Positions 26,801 through 39,730 of a stretch of 64,000 bases of DNA are shown one piece after another. Position numbers and translations under genes: made by a program. The notes under the pieces were generated by a model. The model was not told the DNA's origin. It worked only from the letters and a program-made list of their open reading frames with translations, and made no database searches. The DNA is from Lingula anatina (Eukaryota > Animalia > Brachiopoda). The first letter of the stretch is position 1; the number at the start of each line of letters is the position of its first letter. Location of the stretch: positions 17,546,001 to 17,610,000 of the forward strand of contig CM120640.1 in the NCBI GenBank assembly GCA_051362555.1, read 5' to 3'.

Positions 26801-29800
26801 GTGCTTTCAGTCGCTCTGGTCTTTCGACTTACTTTAATCTGTTTGTGGTACCAGACTGCCATTTTGATAAACTTGGGATTTAAAACTGTGTCACACTTGG
26901 GAACCAGTGTATAATCTGTCTGTAATCTGTCCCACCCCATAGTAGCCATGGTAATAATGAACAGAAGGATTATGTAGGAGGATATTTTTCATGGAAATAT
27001 GAGCAATGTCTACATTTAATATCTTTTTTTTTTCAGCACTGAATGGATTCACTGCATATGTATTTGTAAATTTGATTTTTAATCTTTAAATTGTTTTGTT
27101 AATTAGTATAATGGGAAAAGATAAAGTTGTTTGAAATTTGGGACTGAAAAATTGCTTATTAAGATTGTTGATTTCAGTTTATAACTTTTTATAACTGTGA
27201 CAGTGATAGTTATTTTTAAAGAATTGTTCCTTCTTGTGCACTTTATGACATATAACCTTGTGCTCTTACTGACCATTTTTTACTGAAGGAGCAGTCTATT
27301 TTTGAAATACTTTTAACTTATTGATGGTTTATGCCTAGTCATTTAATCTAGGTAGTAGAACAAAAATGAGATATTACCTAACATTGATTGATTTCAATGG
27401 TACTTTTTCTCCCTTTCTGCACCTCATTAATTAGTCACCTGTGCCAAAAACCAATAAAGACATTACTCAGGGGAAAAATGCATTGTTCCTAACTTCCATA
27501 TAGAACAGAATTCTGTTAATTAATTGCTGTTTTCTCACTCACTCACTGCATTGAGATTGGGAAGGGCGAAGGTCTCTTCATGTCCTCTTAATTCCATAAA
27601 CAAGGTAGAAAGCAAATACTTCAGGATGAGTTTATACAGGTAATGTTGGTTGCATTGCTTTCAAAATTAGCAATAAAAGAACATTGTTTTCCATTTTTTT
27701 GTTATTGTACAGGTTATGCTTTTCTTTACAGTTATTAAAACTTCCTTACATTTGTCATTCAAGGTTTGAGAAGCCAGCTGATAAGCAGATGACAATAGAA
27801 AATGTCCAGCCAGACCCTCAGGCACCTAACAATGTCAATGACTCAGTAGGGTACAGTAAAAACAGGGGACAGATACAGGTAATAGTTTGTCCAATGCAGG
27901 TAATAGCCGTTCATCATGTTTTATGAAATTTGCAGAGGTCCATTTTTAATAGAAACAGAAATGGCCTATTTTTGAAAAGTGTAGTGTACTTTGGTTATAT
28001 ATATATATTTTTTTTTTCAAAGAAAGATTTTAAATAGGATGTGCTAAACATTTAAAATCGATAACAACTTTCAGTCGAACTTTGTCTGGTCTCAGGTAAC
28101 TGAAACATATTCAGCTGAATTTGTATTTTTCAGTACTCTGTAGGAAATGAAGTTTACTACTCATACAGTGCATCTCTCTTCCAGCGCCAGTTCAGTATGC
28201 AGCAAGGTGGGAATGGCAACTTTTCACGTGGCAGCAGCCTGGAGCACCAAGGTGCTCTACAGGCCAGCAGCTCCAGAAACTTTCTGGACGATCCAGATGA
28301 GGATCACAAACTGGGCCGCATACAATTTAGCATCGGCTATGATTTCAATGAGAACACTTTGATAGTGAAAGTAATGCGAGCCACAGACTTGCCAGCTAAG
28401 GACTTCACGGGGACTAGTGACCCCTATGTCAAAGTGGTCCTGCTGCCTGACAAAAAACACAAATTGCAAACCAAAATTAGGAAACGGTCTCTCAACCCAC
28501 ACTGGAATGAGATATTCTGCTTTGAAGGTAAGTGTTAGATTGATTTCCCTTGTTGTCTGATTTTGGTTCATTTTTATGCATATCTGGAATAATAAGATCT
28601 TTGTCTGCAGAATAGACACCCCTGAAGGTATACCTAGATCAATTTCATTTGAGTGATTGTAAGCCCAAGGTATTTTATTATGAATATTATAACATCATAT
28701 TGTCAAACTCTCTCAGTTTATTTATTTATTTATTCAATTTTTGTTGGATTATAGAAATCTTTATTAGCAGTTAATAAATAAAAAGCTACCCAAGTCTATT
28801 TTGACAATGTTATTACTGACAATTCCAGACACATGAAATTAAGTTCATGCACCTTGTTATTTCTTAGCATTGTGTGACTGGTTGTAATCGAGTAAAATTT
28901 GGATATCATGGAAATTAAGGTTTAAAAATATCAACAGAAGCACTGATCACTTTAAAGTAGGAACTGTGCATGCTGTCTTGTTATGCCTGTAACACTGCCA
29001 TGCCTAATGCCATAGGTACACCAACATGTAACAAGCTATTCCAACACAGTCAATATCATATTATCATATCAAAAACATTTACAAAGAACACCTAACAGAA
29101 GGGTAACTCCAACAAAATTACACTGTTAGAATTGAGTGTGAGACAAAGTGTTGGAATTAAGTTACTGCTGGATGTTCACTGCTGTCACTTCCAAGGTGTT
29201 CTCAGAATAACATATAAACTTTTAGTGACACCCAGTATTAAAGGACCTTATTAGCTTTAGTATGTTTCTTGGTTTCTTTGGTTATTATGAAACTCAGCTG
29301 ACCAGCAATGTAGTGGGGCTTTTACACTTAGCACATTAGTAAAGGACCCGAAGTGTTAATGGAGTGAGTCCACTCAGTACGCACACAACTTAGCACTTCA
29401 GTCTTGTTGTGTAGTTAAGATCATGCTGCTTGTGTATATAGTAAATGGCAGGCTATACCCAGGAGTGAAATTATTGCAAGGACAAAGCTATCTCTAGCTT
29501 ACTGGAGATCAAGCCAGTAATTGCATTGAACCCAGCATCACACTGTTCCTGTAGGTGGGTAAACTCCTTTCTGAAATCTGAAATCAATGTTTTTATTTAT
29601 TTTTCCAGGAATCCCAAATCGGATTTGGCATTGTCTCTCCCCTTTTTTCGTGTGGAGAATGTATTTTTCCAGTCTCATTATTGATCCAGCCTTATCTGAC
29701 ACATTTGACTTTCCAATATAGGATCACATATAGAAGGGGCAAATTTTCCAAGTGATTTAGAGCTTAACCATTTTCACTATGCATAGTTTAACCCAAGCTT

Positions 29801-32800
29801 ATTGACATGTGAGATGATGAAATACTAATAGTGAAAGGGGAAGAAATGTACAGGTTAAAGGATAACTTATTTGTTCCTTTTTTTCCCTGAATCTTTATTT
29901 CCAGGAGGGAGAGAGCTTGACCTTTAAATTGTAGGATCTTTAAGCCATACAGGTGTTAAGTACTATTTTCAGTGAAATGATATTTCCTGTGAATTTTTCA
30001 GCATGGCATGTCAGCCTTCGTTCAGTTTGTACAAATTCAACTTCTGCGAGAAAATTCTGTCATGATCGTCTGATTAATGTGTGACTGTTGCATGACTGCT
30101 TATAGTCACCATGTCCGCTGCATGTAAAAACAAATGTCCTAGGAAACAGAGTTTGATTCCCCTTGAGAATTGTTGATGTAAGGGCTCCATACACTGGAGA
30201 ATCCTATCACACAAACTATAACTGCTGGCTTGGAAATCAGATAAAGAAAATCCATTTTTATCACCCTGGTTAATCCTACTGATAATGGAAAGTTTAGATC
30301 TGTCTCCATGAGATGGTGAGATTTTCTGTCAAATCCAAAGAAAGCTACTTTGCTTAAAAAGTATGCATATTATTTTCTATCTTCTGTCAAAAATGCAGTT
30401 AATTGGTTTAACTGACCAACAATTAAGTTACTGAAAAAGCATAGTGACATGGAATAAGAAAATTCATTTTGTGGACATTTTTTGAAAAGAAATTTAAGAG
30501 CAAATATATGATTAAATTAACTGAAAAGGCGAATTCCCACTGCCGTACCACCTCATTCTGCATCTTTGTCCTACACAGCATATGTTATGAAATAAAATGA
30601 CACTTTACTCATTGTCATTTTCTAAAATATTTAACATACACTGAAATACTTTTTGTACACTGTTGCATATAACAACACTACTGCATATCCTATACACAGT
30701 CATAAGCATAGTCATATGTAGTTAATTTTCCCTGGACATTATCTCTTACACATTATCTCACTATAGGGATCAATAACTTCAATACATGTAGTGAAAACCA
30801 TGATAAAACTACCCCAGTTCCTTCCAAAAACCCACGCCTACCTCTAACACAAAATTGTACTTTTCAGGAAATAAGTATGTGTGACACCCAAGAGGATTCA
30901 ATGAAACACAAAAAATACCAATACAAGTTGTTCAGTATTCTTTTATTTTAAACCATCGGGAAATACATGTTCATGTCAAATTGCTAGAGTGAGACTTGTT
31001 AAGGAAGTGGTACATGAAGATGAATGTTATTACAGTATTTAAGGGTGTATGTGACAGTGTGTGGTGTGACTGATGTAGAAAGTGACAGATAATGATGTCT
31101 GAAAAAGCATTGTAATGACAAATATATGTTTTAAGGGAAGGGGGGTAGAAAATAGAGGGTAGAAAATGCAGGTTAAACTCGTGCTTTTGAGGTGTTTGTA
31201 TGTTTATAACTATCAAATACATATCTAAGGCTGTATAAAATCACCCATCTGATCATGAGAGAGATAACAAGTAATTTCTTTAAGTTCTGTACTGACTATT
31301 AATGTTTTCTGCTGTTTTTACAACCTTCGTGGACTATTTGTGGACCATAGTTGTGTAGCAGGGATTGTCACCAAAATTGTTTGAGTTATCAGCTTTTGAA
31401 GCATAGTCCATTGTCATATGGAGTAAACTCACAAAGAAGCCTATAAAATCAGAAGGATGTCATTTTAGAGAATTACCTGATATCCTTGAGTTGTGCTTTC
31501 AGTAGTCATATATATTTATCATTTTAATAGCTGCCCATGTGTTAAAAAATCCAGAAAATGAAAATGGTATTTTTCTCTTCACCTGTAGGACACTTCTTGT
31601 AATCTCTGTGTTTAATTGGACTTTTGGAAGTACATTTCCGTGTTACATTATTTCTGTTATTTTAATAATTTCCCCCTTTTCTTTCTTAACTGCACGCTAA
31701 GGTGGATTGTGCATGCTAACTATGACGTCAAGAACTAAGATTCATTATGGAAGAACTTAAACATACTGTATATTGATTCTGAATAGTAAATGGAAGTCAA
31801 ATTAAGTTACCCTTGTCTCACTGCTAAATGGTAAATTTGTTGCATTCAAGACAAATGGTTGCTTTTGGAATTTGGCTTATCGTGTTTCAGTGCAAGAAAA
31901 AGATTGAAGGGTAAATTAGATTTTTTGCTCAGTTGATTGAATGAGTTGCAAGTTCAGATATAATCCGAGTTATCTACGGTTTCTTGCAATGCAATTTTAG
32001 AAGAATCACCACAGTCTGAACAATTATTTGGTGCATTTCTTTAATTATCAGCTTATATGTCTTACCTCAAAAGATTTCTCTTTACACATCATTTAAGAAG
32101 ATTTTTGCTTTGGCAGGCATGGACAGCCATACAGGGAATATATCATCTCTTGGGGACAAATACAGAAATCTACATGCAACCACATGTTCATCCCACTGTA
32201 TCATAAAAATGGTATAAATTTTCTCTGAGATCAGACTGAAGTGAAATGTATACATGAAAATGTATTCTTACTATGCATAGAACAGTGTAGTGTCTGTCTC
32301 CTGAGAGCTTTACTATAAAGCTAAAAGGAAAGTCACTGGAATACTTTAACATTAGTAGAAGACTGTAAAAAACCTGTTCTTCCTATGCTACTTCAAAGAG
32401 CTTTAAGCATCTCTAGAAAAGTATAATGTAAAAAGCAATCACATAACTGAAGCTACAAAGAAAAATAAACTGTCATTTGAAGATATTTATAGACTAACTT
32501 TGTTTTCTTACTACAGAAGAATGGTACTTCTTATGAACACTAGTACAATGTATTGGTGAGGAAATAAGGAATTGATGGTTATGTCTATTGGACCTTAAAT
32601 TGTGTTTTTGCTCAAGTTAGATCATCCATTCCTAATTTGACCCATCTCAGTGGACTGTCTAACTGCAGTTAGCTGACCACAGGAAGCAAATCTAATCTTG
32701 CTGTTGTCCTGCATAATTATTTTGTAATTTAGATAAGTCACATATGGGTGGTTTCTTGTGGTTTGCCTGTTCTATTTGGAAATTCTGCTGAAATGGGTCA

Positions 32801-35800
32801 TACTTACTTGGCTAAAAACATTATGTGAGGACTGTACTCAATGTTCTAAGTTCAGCTAAGGACTAACAACAGTTTTTCTAACTTTGGTTGTTTTATGTTT
32901 CATTTCATTATATAAGACCCCATTCCCATACCTAGATCAATCTAGCTGGATCAGTCCATCTTCAAGGGAAATCTGGCAAAATTGCACTCAGCTTATTTGG
33001 CTCGCCTACTGAAGCAGTTATGGGTAATTAAGTATTGTTTAACAGCTTCAGTAGGTGTGCCAGACATCTAAACCACTAAAGCTGAGTGCAATTTAGCGAG
33101 ATTCTCCTCTGAGATGGACTGATCCTGCAAGATTGATCTAGGTATAGGAATGGGATCTAAAACATGTGAAAAAAAAGTTCAATGTGAGTTCTCTGGTGGT
33201 GAGATGGCATGTCAATATCATTGTATCAAATAATAGTATGTATAAGCCTGGTTACAGAAACACATCTAAATAAGCTCTCAAGGGAAAGGCTATGAAAAAA
33301 ATTAGACAAGTTGATGGACCACTTTCTACAATCACATCGTAACTGATGCTAATAAGCTTAAACCTATCACAGTGATACCTTGATGGTATGGTAGTATTGT
33401 TTTTCAGCTAAGAGTCTGCTTTCAAGAGTATTGAAATCCAAAATTTAATCAAATTATTTTGATGCCTATATTTGTTGCACTTCATTTTACTTGACGAAAA
33501 TATTTTTTTCTTTTTTCTAGGTTTCCCATACAACAAGGTAGAGAGCAAGCTACTAATGCTACAGGTTATTGACTTCGATAGATTTAGTAGAGATGATGTG
33601 ATAGGGGAAGTAATAGTACCCCTCAGTCAGATCAACTTGGCATCATTCCCTGCATTTTGGAGATATATCCAGCCATCTAGTAAAACTAGAGTAAGTATAC
33701 AACATTTTGCCGTAGATAAGTTAAGAAATCTTGTAAAACTTGCCAACATGCATCACACTGTCACAGCTAACACATTTTCAATCTAGGCACCATTAAAGTT
33801 TTACACGTAGCCCTCTTCTCTATATTTTATAATTTCACAAGAGGACAAAATGACATACATGTAGTATACGTGTATGGCTTTCTAGGATTGCATCGAGTTT
33901 ATTTAGGAATTTTATGACCAGTGCAAGTATTAGTTTTAGGGAACTTTAGAGTTAACTGCGTGGAAGACCATAAATATAGCTGATTAACCATTCAGTTTAC
34001 CCACATTCTGTGTAACTGTGGTTTATAGTTATAAGTTTGATACACTAACATGGGAATTGAGATACCAACAGCAAGTTATAGAGTGGCACATTTATAGATA
34101 TTCCTATTTCCCTCCGTGACTTTAATGAAGATGCATGGCGCATTTTGTCCCTAACGTCAAAGCTTTTGCTCAAAGTTATTTATTGCAGTGACATAACATA
34201 ATTTGTGAGCCTGCAGAAAATTGATGATGATTACCTATTATTTGTTTGAGATAATTATGTCTGTTATTTTGGCTAGGGGTTCCTTCATTCCTGTCCCTCT
34301 TGAGACCAGACATATTATGTGAGTCTTTTCACATAGAGAGACTAAGTGGCAATTTGAAAGATTAAATTGAAGGTTAAACCCTTGATGGCTGCTTTTCAGA
34401 CAGCTGCACTGAATCATGGCTGCTAGGAGCAGGTATTTTCTGTTGTGCTGATGAGGTTATGGACTGTTCTACCCTTAAATTTTCAATGGATGAATAATAA
34501 TTGCTTGCCAATTTGCCCGCATTAAAGCAAGGCAGACAGCTCTGTAGCCCATCAGTTGTGTGCTACAAATCTAAATATGGTCTCTATGGGCAGATAATAC
34601 ATGTTATCTCAATGGTGAAGAGGTTGTTGATTATTTTAAAACATTGTTGCCTAGGGAGTTGAGACTTATTAAATATGTCACACGAAATGTGTGGTGGAAG
34701 CATCGAAACCATTGAAAATATTGGGAGAACGTAGATGACTTGTGAGGCACTGCCAATGCAGTTCATGGTCATTTTTTATATCTGACTGTGTAATCAGTGA
34801 GAACAGAGAAATATTAGAAACCTTTGATGTTCAGGGCACTGTCAAGGGAAGCACTCCAAATCTGGCATTTTAAATGTCATTCTTTTGCCAAAAGTAGCTG
34901 TATGAGATATGGATTCAACTGGGGTTTTCAGACTACTTTATATGATAATATGCTATTCTCCAAAGCACAAACAAAAAGAAGAATTCAGTGCAGAGAGTGT
35001 AATCTTTGGGCATATTACCAAAGTAGATAGTCTGGAAGAAGTGAGGCAGATACCTAGAGGGCTCATATGTTCTTATATATCTTCTTTTTTTGTATGATAA
35101 TCCTAAACACTATAAATATTGAAAAAAGAGATCTGAACATTGATTCATTGTCCTAGGGATTGTTTCTTCCACCTAAATGGAACTTGTAGTTAACCCCAAG
35201 GTTAATAAATCATTTGTTTGCTTGGTTTTTTGCTCCCATGCCATATCCTAGCAATTGAGTTTTTGACAGATTATACCTCCAAATGAAATTGAAATAGGAA
35301 ATGGGATCTCCTAATCACTAATTACTTGAAAAGTGTGCCACCTTCAATGGGTTTCCTCTGAAATGATGTGTGGGGGTTTTGAATCCACCTGCTCTTCACG
35401 GAAATATGAACATTTTGTAGCGTTCTCTGTAAGCTGTTATTTGTCATTTTGTGTCTTTACGTTATTTTCACTAACACATTTTGAATGTGTGGAGAAGTCA
35501 GTGGAAAGTATCCAAATATGAGAATTGATTTCCAGGACCCTTCTTAATTGCCCTTGATAAAAAAGCAACAACAAAAAAGCACAATAGCATGGTCATATTT
35601 TCTAGATAATTTTAAAATAAGCTAGTTTGTATGTTGAAAGACTAATGTATGTTCTCTGTAGGAATTACATTCTGTGCAGGGAGTCGTTTGTAAAAGTACC
35701 ATAATCTGCCATGTCCATGATTCATATGACATTGTATCATGAGCTGTTTCTGATGTTTCATTTTGCTGTGGTATTGATCTTGCCTCGTCTGATGGGCACC

Positions 35801-37364
35801 AGATAAGACAGAGGCCTTCTGTGCTAGGTGCACATTGCATAATATGTGCAGTCTGTTATGTCTAGTATGAAAAATTCATTCCAGTAAAGTTGGTATATAA
35901 CTAATTGCCATTGAGATGTTGGATATGATTTGATTGATTTTATTGTCATTTTTATACATTAAGCCATTATCACAGTCTGCTTGCGAATCATAAACCATCA
36001 CAACAACTAAAAGTGTGCATGTTTCTGTTTATTTCGATTATCCAAATGGGGATCATCTGAGATAGCGTAAGAAGAGGCTGTCAGTACAACGTAGCAGAGT
36101 AGAAGTCCAGAGAAACCATGGGGTGGGGTTAACTTTGAACCGATAGGGGTGAAAGTCCATACACTGGGAAAATGTCCATGAAAGCAATAAAAAGGTTATA
36201 GAAAAAAATGGTGAAATGTTGTGTAGTAGATTGTAATTTGTCTGAGCTCCAAGAAAATGAAACAAAAGTACACCTGGATAAATTCTGCCGGCTTTTATTC
36301 ATGACCACACTGCACATAGCAGTCTTATGATCTATTACCCCATTCTCCTTCACATAGTTTCACAGGCTTTACAACTAGTTTTCAGGGTCACATTGTCATA
36401 TATACATGCTAACAGACAAAATGTAACTGTTTTGCTAAAAACTATAATAATTTATTGTAGTTATCTGTACACTCTCAATGCTGGTACAGGTCTATAGATT
36501 TGATAATTTTAGTTGTCTGGCTTTGTAAACACTAATAGGTTTTTGTCAATATTTTCCTACTGTCAAACATAAGTGTAACCATGCACTGTGAAGCAGTTTT
36601 TAAGTATCAAGAGAGAATCTCTTAAATTGAGACAGATACTAATTGTGATATTTTTTTTTTCATTTCTTGATAAGCTACACAAAGTCTGTGTTTATTTCAG
36701 GGCAAACTAGGAGAGCTGATGGTTTCTATATGTTACACTCCCACACCAGGTAGAATACAGGTAGAAGTTGTCAAAGCTAGAGATTTGAAGGCAAAAGATG
36801 TGGGAGGTTCTTCAGGTGAGTAAATGTTTGTTACACACTGTGGGTATGTATACAGATTGACATGACAGTGGTTATAACTTCATTTTATCTGTCATGCAAT
36901 ATTATAATACAAGGTTAGCAAACAGACCAAGTAATTGAGAAAGCATCTAAGTTTGTTATTTTACTGAACACCTTAATTTTCATACGTATGCTTTTTTCAA
37001 ACCTAATCATTTCGATAATTTAAAAGATGTTTGCTAAGTGGTTTTCTTTTCTTTTTCAGATCCTTATGTAAAAATATGGTTAATGCAAGGAGGCAAGAGG
37101 GTAGAGAAGAGAAAAACCACTGTCAAGTGGAGAAATTTATCTCCTGTGTTTAATGAATCATTTAGCTTTGACGTACCTCTTGAAAAAATAAGAGATACTA
37201 GTTTAGAAGTTTCAGTCATGGACTTTGATAAAATGACTAGAAATGAACTGATAGGAAAATTTTTGTTAGCATCAAGAAGCGGCCCAATAGAACAAAAGCA
37301 TTGGAGTGAAATGATGCAGAAACCAAGACAAGCTGTTGCACAGTGGCACTTGTTGAAGGATTAG
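8816..37364 (+). CDS. SYT7: Synaptotagmin-7-like protein (TM + C2A + C2B). Exons: 8816-9059 (putative), 22517-22757, 27764-27878, 28134-28527, 33521-33690, 36701-36815, 37060-37364
   Basis: All junctions are GT-AG with matching phases (1,2,0,1,0,1). The TM segment [24 protein letters not shown] is followed by C2A ([66 protein letters not shown]) and C2B ([43 protein letters not shown]). The C-terminus [22 protein letters not shown] is Syt7-like. Length is 445 aa from ATG 22519, or 527 aa with the 8816 exon, which is less certain (about 0.65). Confidence 0.93.
13333..13632 (-). mobile_element. Probable LTR-retrotransposon LTR fragment with adjacent PBS-like sequence, inserted in a minisatellite
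   Basis: On the - strand: TGTT start at 13632, TATAAAA (13454-13460), AATAAA (13431-13436), and a CA end at 13333 followed after 1 nt by TGGTGG. It is CpG-rich relative to its flanks and interrupts the 35-bp repeat. Confidence 0.45.
13645..14130. repeat. About 35-bp minisatellite (consensus near CATAACAGAATGTTGGTTGTGGCAGTGTATTGGT)
   Basis: More than 10 degenerate units, each containing CATAACAGAATGTT. Older degenerate units also lie at about 13090-13245. Confidence 0.9.
16440..17099. mobile_element. Non-autonomous TIR element at a TTAA site (Kolobok-like)
   Basis: Left end TTAA|AGTCATAATAACTCTTC and right end GAAGAGTTATTATTGCT|TTGA (15/17 inverted match). The interior is CpG-rich. Confidence 0.55.
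17147..17386. mobile_element. 240-bp Harbinger/Tourist-like MITE
   Basis: TAA|AGCCTCGGTCAAAACCGG ... CCGGTTGTGACCGAGGCT|TAA, giving a TAA TSD. The body is GC-rich. Confidence 0.85.
21233..21549. mobile_element. 317-bp foldback MITE with about 109-bp arms and a 6-bp TSD
   Basis: Arms 21233-21341 and 21441-21549 (CAGGCCTAC...GTAGGCCTG). ATGGTT directly flanks both ends (21227-21232 and 21550-21555). Confidence 0.9.
21653..21811. mobile_element. Short MITE with CAGGCC termini
   Basis: CAGGCCCATAGCC ... GTCTACTGGCCTG with G and C runs inside. TTGAAGG is repeated on both flanks. Confidence 0.7.
24750..25025 (+). repeat. Old dispersed repeat, second copy at about 51640-51925
   Basis: Shared collinear blocks such as TGGCATTTTCA and TGTACATTTGACAGCTTTGCTG in both locations. 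Confidence 0.65.
32916..33157. mobile_element. Palindromic MITE with TAA TSD (Harbinger-like)
   Basis: TAA|GACCCCATTCCCATACCTAGATCAATC ... GATTGATCTAGGTATAGGAATGGGATC|TAA. Self-complementarity continues along most of its length. Confidence 0.88.
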
Positions 37365-39211
37365 GTAGCAGAATTCAAGACAAGCTGTTGTACAGCTGCA
37401 CTTGTTGAAGGATAAAGGACAAGAAAGGCCAAGGAAGGTTGTTGAAAAGACTCGACAGGCTTTTGAAAAGGGGCTACAGCGTCAGGGAGTCAAAAGTACA
37501 GAGATGTAGATTCAGAATTTCACATTTTTGAGAGCAAAGATAAAGAGCAATGTGAAACACAGATAGTATGTAAATTTATTTGTAATACAGCATTTTTTCA
37601 ATGAGAAGTTTTCAGTATGAATGAACTGATACCTGTATTTATGAAGAAACTATCTCATAAAGTTTGATTGGAACGATTTGTTCTGAAAAGGAATTTTTTG
37701 TCATGCCCAAGTATTCAGATTATTGTATTAATCTGATTAGTGAATGACTGTTACAGGCAATAATGCAGAGGAAGCTAGAGGATAATCAGTGGAGGTAAAG
37801 ATCTCATGTTTATTGGGCCAAAGAGCTGTTTTTTAACACTCACTGATAGATAAAAAGAGACACTGATAGATTTTATCTTCACTGAAATGTTTCTAAAGAA
37901 ATGTTTCTGTTACTGTACTTGCACTGCATAAGCAATTTGAGTAAAATGTTCTGGTACAAAATTGAGAAATATGTTCTGTAAACTTCTAATTTAACGGAAG
38001 ATTCCAAACATAGATGTTCCACATACCTATCACAGAGCCTATTTTAGAAATGTATGTGTAGATGGAAAAGTTTGGGTAATCTTTAGCAGTCACATTCAAC
38101 TCAAAGATGTATAAAGTTTGGCAGTTTTAAGTACACAGAGCTGCATTGGTTCAGAGAACCATGCATGTTTCTATCTTGGTTGTGTATTGAGTTAAAAGGT
38201 GTTTCTCTTAATGTCTTATTGTACCTTAGCTAAAAAAAGATTATTTTCAGGATGGAAGTTAGCCTTGAATTGTTTTCAGTGTCCTGTCACGTCAGATGTC
38301 TATAAAACAGACACGTCCCAGCTGTCAAAGGCATTTACCTCAGCAGATGAGCATATGAAAAGTGGTCCTTTTTCCATGGGCAGAATAAAGCTATCCAAAC
38401 CTTTCATCTATTTATGAACCTGCCATAAAAATCTCCTTTTAGGGATTTTAAGTTTTATCTAATGGACATGTTATTGATTTCTAATTTCTTCTATTAAGAT
38501 TCTGTTTATTATCACCCATGTAATGCAGTGAATGTGGCCATTTCCACCCACAGATAACTCACTTATATTTAAGTCTTGATCTTTTTTTTCCACAGGAGCT
38601 GCTAATTCTAAGTGATTTCATTAAATAGATATGTATTTAATAGAAATATTTGCATTGCATCATTCAGCATGTTTGTTCTTCAAAGGCACCTGCTCTCTCT
38701 GGAAACTGCTTACCCGTTTAAAAAAAATTGGAAGAAATCCAATACTGCTGCAGTTAACTTTGAGATCAATTAGGAGAAATATAAATGAGTAATGTAACGA
38801 AGTATAAAGCTGCATATAAAGAAAATTGATTGAAATTATGAGTATTTGTTAAATGCTATATTTGTTAGAAGTGATGGCTGTACAGCTCACTAAATGCTTT
38901 TAGTTTTAATTGTTAAGTCTAATCAATTCTTTGATTTCAGTAATATGTTGAAGTTGTCAAACACTTCCTGCAGTCCTAATTTATGCATAGAAAAGATACA
39001 GTTACGAAAACTAAACAAGTGCTTGACAATGCAGTATCATGGTCCATCTTTGTATCTGTATCCAATTTGATAGTTATTTTCCCAGGATCATCCTGTTATG
39101 GCCAGTTTGTGACAAAACCTGTCATAATCAGTATTGTATAAAATATAACAAAATGTTGAAATTTTGTACTATGGAAAACCACTTGTGAAGACATTTGATA
39201 TTAATATCAAA

Positions 39212-39730
39212 GTGAATATTTTGATTCATCCAGTTATGATATACTGAGATTACTAAAAAATTTAATCTAATACTGGATCCTGTGTTAAAAAGGAGATCAT
39301 GAAGTTTGGACCTTATCATAAGGTCTTCTTCAGATAAATGGGTTTTGAATTGTCAGTGGTGACAAGAGGTGACGCTCTGAGGTGGGTGTCTCACAATGCC
39401 CTTACAATGCCCAATGATCTTACAGAAATGGTAGTTGGTATCTCAAGCTACTGTGCTTGTTGTGGGTGGGTTGTTCAATCCACTCATGAATGGCTTCTTT
39501 CACAGCTTGTCTGAACCAGTCCTCTTTATTGAGGATCACAAAGTTCTTCCTGTCAAAACTAACACATCTTTGGGACCTGGCCCTGGGATACATCCTGTGC
39601 AGAACGCCACCATGGATCACCAGTGACAATTCAAAATCAGCTCACCTGAAGAAGACCTTGCAATAAGGTTAAAATGTCTTGATCCCCATTTCAATGTACA
39701 TGTAAGATCCAATGATAGGTTTAATTTTCT
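39212..39730 (-). mobile_element. Truncated Penelope-like retroelement (GIY-YIG C-terminus) with inverted terminal pLTR copies
   Basis: The ORF 39420-39629(-) reads SFDRKNFVILNKEDWFRQAVKEAIHEWIEQPTHNKHSSLRYQLP, matching the Penelope GIY-YIG C-terminal pattern (IL.rE..wf.R..KEAI.....P..N). Inverted repeats lie at about 39254-39362 and 39617-39729, each containing CTGAAGAAGACCTT. Confidence 0.8.

Noticed and set aside
29330-29560. Possible tRNA-derived SINE remnant (similar hints at about 15030-15240 and 32620-32830)
   Set aside because: Too decayed to identify A/B boxes or boundaries by eye, and no tRNA cloverleaf could be built.
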